From Thermoproteota archaeon (GTDB lineage Archaea > Korarchaeota > Korarchaeia > B14-G2): a DNA stretch of 20,137 nucleotides. Below the pieces are notes generated by a model. It ran no database searches and was not told where the DNA came from. It saw only the letters and a program-made list of their open reading frames with translations. Of the stretch, positions 1 through 7,128 are shown in pieces. The position numbers and the translations under genes were made by a program. The stretch spans positions 1 through 20,137 of the forward strand of contig JAVCBW010000007.1 of the NCBI GenBank assembly GCA_037917675.1. Reading direction: 5' to 3'. Each line of letters opens with the position of its first letter. Position 1 is the stretch's first letter.

Positions 1-2
1 GG

Positions 3-536
3 CTTAGGTTGAGGGGGGTGGGGTGGAGGTGGCTTTCTATGCTTGCTCCAGCTTTGGGTTCGCTGCTTTACTCTAGGTGGAGGTGTAGGTATAGGGTGTG
101 TGATCCAGGTGTTGTTGGGAGGCTTGAGAGAGAGGCTGGGAGGGTTGCTGCACCTGTCTTCGACGAGGGCTTTGTTAGGTGGAGGTATAGGAGGAGGAGG
201 GTTTACTGTGCTGGGGCTGGTGATGCTGTGGCTGTGTGCTCTGTTTCTGTGAAGAGGTTTGCTTTGGGGAGGAGCTGGCTGCAGTTTGATGCTGCTGTCG
301 TTGACGACTTGTATTGGAGGTCTCTTGATGGCTTGAGGAGGCTCCTGGATAGTGTCTTGGAGGACTGTGGTGCTTCTTTGGCTTTGGCTGCTGTCGACGA
401 CGTTGATAGGAGGATTCTTGAGAGGTGTGGTTTTGTTAGGCTTTGGAGTGTGGCTGCTATGGCTAGGCCTGTTAGGAGGAGGCTGCCTAGGGGTAGGTGG
501 TATGTTCATGTTGACTCAGTGCTTGGTGAGCCATAG
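3..536 (+). CDS. GNAT-like acyltransferase, C-terminal part (5'-truncated by the window)
   Basis: The frame is open from position 3, so the real start probably lies upstream. 'FDEGFVRWRY' followed by beta-strands, 'VVDDL' and 'ILERCGF' resembles the second domain of tandem GNAT proteins in glycan loci. Confidence 0.5.
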   Translation, partial: LRLRGVGWRWLSMLAPALGSLLYSRWRCRYRVCDPGVVGRLEREAGRVAAPVFDEGFVRWRYRRRRVYCAGAGDAVAVCSVSVKRFALGRSWLQFDAAVVDDLYWRSLDGLRRLLDSVLEDCGASLALAAVDDVDRRILERCGFVRLWSVAAMARPVRRRLPRGRWYVHVDSVLGEP

Positions 537-1604
537 CTTGGATGCTAGCCTTGCTGTAGCCTGTGTTGTTGCTTTAGGGTTCTTTAGGGGTGTGAGGTGG
601 TCGCAGTAGCTGAAGCATGGGAGCTTGCATAGCTTGTTTCTGTCTCTCCATCTTCTTATGGCTCCATGCTTGTATTCTATGGTTAGGCTGCTTGAGCTGA
701 GTGAGGCTAGGGCTGTGTGCTGGATTGGGCATGGCTTTACTGCTCCATGCTCGTCTATGAATAGGCTTTCTGCTCCAGCTGTGCATGCTATGGGTGGGAG
801 GATGCCTGCTGCAGCTTTCTGTAGCCTGTCTATGGTTAGGGCTGTGTATGCTGATATTAGTGCTATTCTAGCTTGCCTCAGTGGGCTTGCTGTCAGCTTT
901 GGCTTCTGGATTAGCTTGAGGTATGTTTTGAGGTCTGCTGCAGCCTTTAGGTAGAGCTCTCTGTCTGCTCTGTGTTCTCTCCTGTATAGGCTTCCTCCCT
1001 GCTCTACTGCAGGTGTAACTTGGTCTGCTTGTGCTGCAGCTTTTTCCCTCATCCATTTTAGGAACTCTTCTATGTGGCCTATGTTTGCTCTGGATACTGT
1101 GTAGTTGATGTGTGCTATGAGCTTGTCTGGGCTCTCTCTTTCAATGCTCTTTAGGGAGATGTATGTTTTCACGGCTTTTCTGAAGGCGTCTACTCCTCTC
1201 GCCTTCCTGTAGACTTGGCCTATGCCATCTATTGATACTCCTATGGCTAGGGTGCATTTCCTTGGGAGGCTTGGGAGTATGCTCTCGACTTCTCTGGTAG
1301 ATTGCTTTATCCCGTTTGTAACGAGCTCTACTACATGTGGCTTAGCTATCTCAGCTGCATCTAGTATGAGCTCTGGCCAGTCTCCTCTGAGGGTTGGCTC
1401 TCCGCCAGTGAGCTGGACTGCTATAGGTGGGCCTAGCTTACGTGCTTCTAGCAGAGCTTTATGGTATGTTGCTGTGTCTAGGTCTGTTGGCTTCGACCTC
1501 CATATGTTGCAGATTGTGCACTTTGAGTTGCATCTTGTTGTCACAGCTATGTTGAGTCTGAGGAGGCTTCTGTCTAGTAGTGTTTTAGCTAGCTTTAGCA
1601 TCAT
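516..1604 (-). CDS. Radical SAM protein with twitch/SPASM-like C-terminal domain
   Basis: CxxxCxxC (RCNSKCTIC), 'LTGGEPTL', 'VTNG', 'VSIDG', CX12GX4C (CTAGAESLFIDEHGAVKPC) and terminal CKLPCFSYC. Start set at ATG 1604 (or 1601) rather than GTG 1673, which avoids overlap with the divergent gene and fits TATA spacing. Confidence 0.92.
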   Translation of the reverse strand: MMLKLAKTLLDRSLLRLNIAVTTRCNSKCTICNIWRSKPTDLDTATYHKALLEARKLGPPIAVQLTGGEPTLRGDWPELILDAAEIAKPHVVELVTNGIKQSTREVESILPSLPRKCTLAIGVSIDGIGQVYRKARGVDAFRKAVKTYISLKSIERESPDKLIAHINYTVSRANIGHIEEFLKWMREKAAAQADQVTPAVEQGGSLYRREHRADRELYLKAAADLKTYLKLIQKPKLTASPLRQARIALISAYTALTIDRLQKAAAGILPPIACTAGAESLFIDEHGAVKPCPIQHTALASLSSSSLTIEYKHGAIRRWRDRNKLCKLPCFSYCDHLTPLKNPKATTQATARLASKLWLTKH

Positions 1605-1623
1605 ATGCTCTGGTAGATTGCTG

Positions 1624-1630
1624 TTTTTAA
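1624..1630. promoter_or_regulatory. Putative bidirectional TATA box
   Basis: TTTTTAA is the main AT tract in the 47-nt gap between divergent genes, centred about 25 nt from both GTG 1652 (+) and ATG 1604/1601 (-). Confidence 0.55.
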
Positions 1631-1651
1631 GTTGCTGGTATGTGAGCTCTG

Positions 1652-3367
1652 GTGCCTTTGTTGGAGCATGCACTCAAGGTGCTTGGCGGTAGCTGGGGGT
1701 GGAGGTGCTTCTTCCTCGTGTTCTTTGTGTTTCTGGTGTCTTCTTCTCTGTTTGGTGCTGTTAGGAGGCTTGGTGATGCATCTAGCCACTGGATGATGTG
1801 TAGTAGCATGCTCTATGATAGGGATTTGGCCTATGATGTTGAGAGAGACCTTAGGAGGGCTCTTGAGCATAGGTTTGATGACCTTCCAGCAGGTATCTTC
1901 CTCTTGGAGAGGGGTGGGAGGTATGTTTATGCTAAGAGCCTCCACTATGCTGCTTTCTGTATGCCTTTCTTCCTCCTCTTTGGGAGTAGGGGCTTTCTGC
2001 TAGCTAACAGCCTGCTTTTCACTGGGACTGCTCTCCTAGCTGGGTCTGTTGTCTCTAGGCTACGTGGCGTGAGGAGGGAGCATGCTCTGCTCTTCACCTT
2101 AGTCTGCCTCCTCTTCTCTAACTTCTATGCTCTCATGTGGTGGATTGACCCCTTCGTCTTCCTTGGCTTCATGCTTGTCTTATCTTATTACCTGTGGTTT
2201 TCTGGTAGGAGAGCTGCTTCAGGCTTGGTTTTGGGCTTTGCTTCATCATATAGGTTTATTGAGGGGGCTCTGCTGCTTCCTCTCTTAGCATGGGATCTCT
2301 TGGATAGGAGGCTTAGGGATGCTGCCATGCTGGTTCTATCGTTTTCTTCAGCTTTCTCAGCTGTCCTGGCATTGAACTACATGGTTTTCGGCTCCTATAC
2401 CCCTTACTCTGCTGGGGGAATCTACTACCTGGCCTCTTTAGATGAGTGCTTTGACCCTTCTACTGGAGTCTTTGACAACTGTACGATTCCTCTCTTGCCT
2501 AGAGCTCTACCTGGCGTAAAGGTGGTAGCATATAACTTCCTCTACCTCTTTTTTGGGAGGAAGTCTGGTGTCTTCTTGTATAATCTTCCTGCTCTGCTTG
2601 CTTTCATGTCAGTAGCTAGGGGAGGGAGGGTTGAGAGATGTATAGTCTTGGTCTGTCTGCTAGACTTGCTTATGCTAGCTGTCCTCAGGCCTACACTGTA
2701 TCATGGTGGCTACCATACTATTGGGAACAGGTACTTCACCTTCTACCCTATTTTGCTGCTTGCAGTAGACTTGAGGAGGCTTGACAGGAGAGCTGTCTTA
2801 GCTGTTCTCGCTGCATCAGCTCTCCTAGCTGCTCCAGTGAACGCTAACCCTGTTATGAGCTCTCTTGAGTGGAGGAGGATAGGCTATAGCTACCCTTATA
2901 GGGCTTTCCCACTTGAGCTGACTACACTTGGACTAGACTACGACTTTAGTGGAGACGGCTTCGCTGTATACTATGCTGACTTGAATAGCTATAGAGCTGA
3001 GGAGAATGGCTTCTGGACTAGAGGTGGTAGCCAGGCTGTGTTTGTAGTGAGGTCTGTTAGGTGTGGGAAGCTCTATGTCTCTCTTACTAATGGGCTCTAT
3101 AGGAATGTGGTTGAGGTTTCTGTTGGAGGTGTGAGTAGGAGGGTTGAGTTAGAGAGCTTTGAGGGAGCTACACTGGAGTTTGATGTTGAGCCTGAGCTCA
3201 GGTATGTTAGCTACTGGATCTATGATAGGGTTAGTAGGCTAGTTGAAATCTACGTCTATACGGTGAGGGTTAGGTGTAGTAGTCTGTGGGTTCCAGCTTT
3301 GACTGGGCATGGATCTGACTCTAGGTGCCTTGGCGTCTATGTCCAGGTTTCTGTCGGAGGCTATTAG
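1652..3367 (+). CDS. GT-C-fold-like polytopic membrane glycosyltransferase with C-terminal soluble beta domain
   Basis: TM1 followed by an acidic loop 'LGDASSHWMMCSSMLYDRDL', roughly 10-12 hydrophobic segments, 'GGYHTIGNRYF' (GG..GxRY motif) and a C-terminal beta-rich domain ('NGFWTRG', 'DSRCLGV'). Confidence 0.7.
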   Translation: MPLLEHALKVLGGSWGWRCFFLVFFVFLVSSSLFGAVRRLGDASSHWMMCSSMLYDRDLAYDVERDLRRALEHRFDDLPAGIFLLERGGRYVYAKSLHYAAFCMPFFLLFGSRGFLLANSLLFTGTALLAGSVVSRLRGVRREHALLFTLVCLLFSNFYALMWWIDPFVFLGFMLVLSYYLWFSGRRAASGLVLGFASSYRFIEGALLLPLLAWDLLDRRLRDAAMLVLSFSSAFSAVLALNYMVFGSYTPYSAGGIYYLASLDECFDPSTGVFDNCTIPLLPRALPGVKVVAYNFLYLFFGRKSGVFLYNLPALLAFMSVARGGRVERCIVLVCLLDLLMLAVLRPTLYHGGYHTIGNRYFTFYPILLLAVDLRRLDRRAVLAVLAASALLAAPVNANPVMSSLEWRRIGYSYPYRAFPLELTTLGLDYDFSGDGFAVYYADLNSYRAEENGFWTRGGSQAVFVVRSVRCGKLYVSLTNGLYRNVVEVSVGGVSRRVELESFEGATLEFDVEPELRYVSYWIYDRVSRLVEIYVYTVRVRCSSLWVPALTGHGSDSRCLGVYVQVSVGGY

Positions 3368-4028
3368 GCTTGAGGTAGGCCATGATGTATGACTGGGGGA
3401 GTAGGAGGAGCTTTGAGAACCTTGTGTGGTAGACTCTCTTTAGGTATAGGAGCTGTAGGCCTCGCTTAAGCATCCAGCTGGCTATGTTCTCGATGCTGGC
3501 TGTGAAGTTTAGTGTTGTTGGTGAGCGTGCTCTTATGACTGCTTCTCTGAGCTTCTTTGGGAGCATGTGTAGGAGTGGGAATAGCGTGTGGAATTCCATG
3601 TAGTATCTTAGGTTTGGTACCTGTACTACTACTAGGCTTCTAGCTACTCTGCAGCACTCGTCTATAGCCTTCTCTGGTGAATTGAGGTGCTCTATTAGGC
3701 TGAAGCAGAGTACAGCTTGGAAGGCTTGGCTTCTGAGTGGCATGTGGCAGGCGTCTCCACATATGAACTCTAGGCTGCTGTATCTTCTTTTCCCTGCTGT
3801 GAGCTGGTTTAGGTCTATGTCGAGGACTGCAGCTAGCTTTATGCTCTCTAGCTTCTCTATCTCTGATGCCATGTAGCCTCTTCCTCCTCCGACGTCTAGC
3901 ATGGTTTCTTTTAGCCTGAGCTTCCGTATCATGTTGGATGCTTCCTCTGAGTATAGGCTTATCCTTGGTAGAGCAAACCTCCTGGCTAGTGACTTCAGTA
4001 TGAGCTTTCTGATTGCTTTAGCTGTCAA
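3321..4028 (-). CDS. Class I SAM-dependent methyltransferase (type 11-like)
   Basis: Motif I 'MLDVGGGRG', 'GDACHMPL', 'LIEHL..P', 'VQVPN'. TTG start with AGGAG upstream. Confidence 0.9.
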   Translation of the reverse strand: MTAKAIRKLILKSLARRFALPRISLYSEEASNMIRKLRLKETMLDVGGGRGYMASEIEKLESIKLAAVLDIDLNQLTAGKRRYSSLEFICGDACHMPLRSQAFQAVLCFSLIEHLNSPEKAIDECCRVARSLVVVQVPNLRYYMEFHTLFPLLHMLPKKLREAVIRARSPTTLNFTASIENIASWMLKRGLQLLYLKRVYHTRFSKLLLLPQSYIMAYLKPNSLRQKPGHRRQGT

Positions 4029-4045
4029 CTCAGCTCTCCTTGTAG

Positions 4046-5284
4046 CTAGATTAGTAGGGCTGCTGACGCTATTAGGAGAGCTCCTATGGTAGCTCTCTGA
4101 GCTACTCTGGCTTTTGCTCTGAGCTTTGTGAGGGAGCTGATCTCTAGGATGCCTGCAGCTATTAGTGCTCCTAGAGTGAATGTTGGGATTACTGTTCCAG
4201 CTGAGTATGATAGCATGTATGCTAGAGAGGACTTGAGCTCTGCTATCGACTTGTATACTACTAGCAGGTATATTGGAGCGACGCAGGGTAGCTTTACTAG
4301 CGAGAAGACTGCTCCTAGGGTGAAGTCTAGGGCTGTGCTCTCTAGCTTACCTATCTCTCTTATGAGAGACTTGAGCATGGCTGGCGTCTTGAAGAGTGGG
4401 ATCACAGGCTCTCCTCCTGCTGCATGTAGCTTCGACCTTAGCTCTAGTAGTGCTTCAGCTACGTGTAGTGCTCCGATCGATGCTAGGATTGCTGCCAGCG
4501 GGATGGCTAGAGCCTTGAGTGCTCTCGTAGCTTGCTCAGAGGAGTAGATTACGTAGCCGAAGACTAGGTATGTGTAGAATACTCCTAGGCTTATTGCAGC
4601 TACCCTCCAGACTACCTTCTTGAGTGAGCCTCCTCTAGCTGCTGTAGCTGAGGCTATGAAGGCTAGTAGCGCTATCAGGCATGGGTTTATTCCTGATATG
4701 GCTCCTATTGCAGCTATGCTGATGGCGCTTAGAGCCATGGGCTGACTGCTCTCTTCTAGCTTAGGCTCCTCGATCTCTCCTTGAGAGAGCCTCTCTATGG
4801 CTTCAGTTATCACGCTCATGTCTCTGGTGGTGAAGACTAGTGCTGTACTGCCTCTTGCAACTATCACTAGAGGATCTCCCTCAGGGAGATCACCTAGCTT
4901 CTCATGGAGCTTGGTGTACTCCTCCATTCCCCTCTGGGATCTGAAGCTGTAGGCTTGAGCTACTAGCTCTACTCTGCTAGCAGCTGCCCTCCACTCCTCT
5001 AGGCTCCTTTCGAATACCTCCCTGTTGCATCCGCAGCCATAGAAGAGGTATAGGTAGATTTTGTCGCTGCTGAAGATGCCCTCAACCTCTCTTGGTGCAG
5101 CCTTCACATCTCTCACTGCATCTATGTAATGTTCTAGTGAGGTCAGCTTCTCTCTTGCTGCATTGAGCTCTCTCTTAAGGTAGGCTATCTTGGAGTACGT
5201 GTATGCTAGGGTGAAGGCTGAAGCTAGGAGTAGCGTTAGGAGGGCTGTGTCAGCTAGAGCTAGCCCTCTAGGTACTTGAGGCAA
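4046..5284 (-). CDS. CcdA/DsbD-family transmembrane electron transporter fused to an N-terminal anchor, coiled coil and thioredoxin-like domain
   Basis: C-terminal six-TM region with both Pro-Cys motifs (GINPC, KLPCVAPIY). N-terminal TM, short coil, then 'LYLFYGCGC'. Confidence 0.8.
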   Translation of the reverse strand: MPQVPRGLALADTALLTLLLASAFTLAYTYSKIAYLKRELNAAREKLTSLEHYIDAVRDVKAAPREVEGIFSSDKIYLYLFYGCGCNREVFERSLEEWRAAASRVELVAQAYSFRSQRGMEEYTKLHEKLGDLPEGDPLVIVARGSTALVFTTRDMSVITEAIERLSQGEIEEPKLEESSQPMALSAISIAAIGAISGINPCLIALLAFIASATAARGGSLKKVVWRVAAISLGVFYTYLVFGYVIYSSEQATRALKALAIPLAAILASIGALHVAEALLELRSKLHAAGGEPVIPLFKTPAMLKSLIREIGKLESTALDFTLGAVFSLVKLPCVAPIYLLVVYKSIAELKSSLAYMLSYSAGTVIPTFTLGALIAAGILEISSLTKLRAKARVAQRATIGALLIASAALLI

Positions 5285-5754
5285 GCTTCTAGCACCTCTC
5301 TAGTCAGATCTAGCCTGGATATAAGTATTAGCTTGCTGCCATGCATGAAAGCTATCTTGTCGATAGGCCATGTTGGTATGCCAGCTGCCTTACAGAGGTT
5401 CGTGTAGAGCTGGTAGCTTCTAGGCACACTTATGTCATACTCCTTGACCTCTACTCCTGCTGCATTGAGCTCACTCAGCCATCCCTCTAGCTTCTCTACG
5501 AGGCTCTTTGGCCTAGTGTACTGGTAGAATAAGGCTATTGTCGTCTTCTCTGTTGTGTTCCATGGGAGCTCTATTGGAGGCTGCTTTGCTAGCTTTATGA
5601 TAGTGTACTCTAGCATAGCCTTGTCTAGCTTATGCTCTAGCTCAGCTAGCTGAGCTTGAAGTAAGCTAGCCTGCCTTCTAGCTGCTAGCGATGAGGCTAG
5701 CATGGCTATGGCAGCTATAGCTAGAGTGCCCCTCACAGCTGCTTTTGTAAGCAA
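5260..5754 (-). CDS. Membrane-anchored protein with thioredoxin-like domain lacking the redox motif; paralogue of the N-half of 4046..5284
   Basis: N-terminal hydrophobic helix, short coil, then LFY..LEGW..YDI..YTNL..GS, which aligns by eye with LFY..LEEW..YSF..YTKL..GS in the neighbour. Confidence 0.65.
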   Translation of the reverse strand: MLTKAAVRGTLAIAAIAMLASSLAARRQASLLQAQLAELEHKLDKAMLEYTIIKLAKQPPIELPWNTTEKTTIALFYQYTRPKSLVEKLEGWLSELNAAGVEVKEYDISVPRSYQLYTNLCKAAGIPTWPIDKIAFMHGSKLILISRLDLTREVLEACLKYLEG

Positions 5755-5893
5755 GCTGACACCAGGTGTCTATGGCATGATAACTATTTCTGTCTCTAGC
5801 TTGCATGGCCTAGTGGATCCCAGAGCTCTTAGGCTGCTAGCTGTACACACGCTATGCCTTAGAGTAGTAGGCTAGCTGTAGCTTGACATAAGC

Positions 5894-5900
5894 TATTTAT
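5894..5900 (+). promoter_or_regulatory. Putative TATA box of the methyltransferase-GT4-GT4 operon
   Basis: TATTTAT centred about 26 nt upstream of ATG 5923, as expected for a leaderless archaeal transcript. Confidence 0.55.
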
Positions 5901-5922
5901 GGCTTGTGTGAGCTGGTTAAGC

Positions 5923-7128
5923 ATGTCTTTGAGTGAGGCTGAAGTTGAGGAGCTGATGGCTGAGGTAAAGAGGAGGATGGAGGAGAGGAGGAAGAGGGAG
6001 GCTGAGGGCGGTGCTCTCCTGGAGGCAGCTGATGTCTGGGGGCCTCTTGACAAGCTGGTCTCTAGGAGGAGGCTTATAGGGCCTTTTGTGACCCTTAAGA
6101 GGCTTAGGAGGATCATGGGGTCACTTATCATGAGGCAGGTTGAGTTCAATAGGATGGCTGCTAGAGAGATCCTTAAGGCTGCTAGGGAGATCAGGGAGGT
6201 TAGGCAGGCTGCTACTGAAGCTGCTAAGAGGGTTGATGGTAGGCTATCAGAGGTCGATAGGAGGCTAGATGAGGTCAGGAGGAGGCTAGATGAGCTGAGT
6301 GGGGAGGTGCGTAGGGTGCTTGGTGTTCTTGAGGAGCTTTCAGGTAGGCTTGTGGTTGTTGAGGAGTGGAGGAGAGCTCTTTCAGAGGCAGCTTTGAAGG
6401 GTGAGGGTGGGGTTGGGGAGCTTAGGAGGCTTCTTGAGGGTGCTGCTCGCGGTGGGGGGAGCTTTGATATTGGTTGGAGGTTTAGGGGGAGCCTTGAGCA
6501 TGTGAGGAGGCATCAGTCTAGGTACTTGAGGTACTTTGAGGGGAGGAGTAACGTTGTTGACTTGGGCTGTGGGAGGGGGGAGTTCCTGGAGCTTCTAGCA
6601 GAGAGGGGGGTTGACTGCTATGGTGTTGAGGCAGACTTAGACATGTATCTTTACTGTAGGGGTAGGGGGCTTAAGGTTGTCTATGGGGATGCGATAGAGC
6701 ACTTGAGAGGGCTTAGTGATGAGAGCCTTGGTGGGGTGTTTCTCTCACATGTCGCTGAGCACCTTGAGCCTAGTGTTCTCCTTGAGCTGATCAGCTTATG
6801 CTATAGGAAGCTTAAGTCTGGCTGCTATCTTGTGGTTGAGTCTCCTAACCCAGCTTCACTCTATGCGATGGCTAAGCACTTCTATAGGGACTATACGCAT
6901 GTGAAGCCTATCCACCCTGATGCTATGGCTTTGATGCTTGAGAAAGCTGGTTTCCAGGATGTTGAGGTCCAGTATGTCTCTGAGGTCCCTGAGGGGGAGA
7001 GGCTTAAGCTCCTTGATGCCCTGGGGCTCCCTATGGAGGCTGCTGAAGCTCTGAATGAGAACTTCATGAAGCTTAACTCTATTGTCTTCGCTCCACAGGA
7101 CTATGCTGTAGTTGGGAGGAAGCCTTGA
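5923..7128 (+). CDS. Coiled-coil plus class I SAM methyltransferase; putative glycan chain-terminating (WbdD/WsaE-like) enzyme
   Basis: Basic amphipathic segment 'SRRRLIGPFVTLKRLRRIMG..RQVEFN', a heptad region of about 89 aa, then 'FRGS..RY', 'VVDLGCGRGEFL', 'SHVAEHL', 'ESPNP', 'DYTHVKPIHP' and 'QDYAVVGRK'. Start set at ATG 5923 by TATA spacing. Confidence 0.85.
   Translation: MSLSEAEVEELMAEVKRRMEERRKREAEGGALLEAADVWGPLDKLVSRRRLIGPFVTLKRLRRIMGSLIMRQVEFNRMAAREILKAAREIREVRQAATEAAKRVDGRLSEVDRRLDEVRRRLDELSGEVRRVLGVLEELSGRLVVVEEWRRALSEAALKGEGGVGELRRLLEGAARGGGSFDIGWRFRGSLEHVRRHQSRYLRYFEGRSNVVDLGCGRGEFLELLAERGVDCYGVEADLDMYLYCRGRGLKVVYGDAIEHLRGLSDESLGGVFLSHVAEHLEPSVLLELISLCYRKLKSGCYLVVESPNPASLYAMAKHFYRDYTHVKPIHPDAMALMLEKAGFQDVEVQYVSEVPEGERLKLLDALGLPMEAAEALNENFMKLNSIVFAPQDYAVVGRKP
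6241..6303 (+). repeat. 3 x 21-bp imperfect tandem repeat encoding coiled-coil heptads
   Basis: aggctatcagaggtcgatagg / aggctagatgaggtcaggagg / aggctagatgagctgagtggg = RLSEVDR / RLDEVRR / RLDELSG. Confidence 0.8.

Noticed and set aside
1605-1673. Longer radical SAM start at GTG 1673
   Set aside because: It would overlap the divergent gene head-to-head and run through the likely TATA tract.
4046-5284. Cytochrome c maturation operon
   Set aside because: No heme-lyase genes or CxxCH proteins were noticed in the window; only the CcdA-type domain is supported.
5639-5656. Perfect 18-bp palindrome AGCTCAGCTAGCTGAGCT
   Set aside because: It is inside a CDS and made of the over-represented AGCT/CTAG words, so it is probably a composition by-product.
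5899-5922. Methyltransferase start at ATG 5899
   Set aside because: It overlaps the TATA-like box; ATG 5923 has the expected promoter spacing.
5755-5922. tRNA or ncRNA in the longest intergenic gap
   Set aside because: No cloverleaf or clear C/D box pair was recognised; divergent promoters explain the gap.
6241-6303. CRISPR array or mobile-element repeat
   Set aside because: The units are contiguous, in frame, have no spacers and encode heptads. No cas, transposase or integrase genes are seen.
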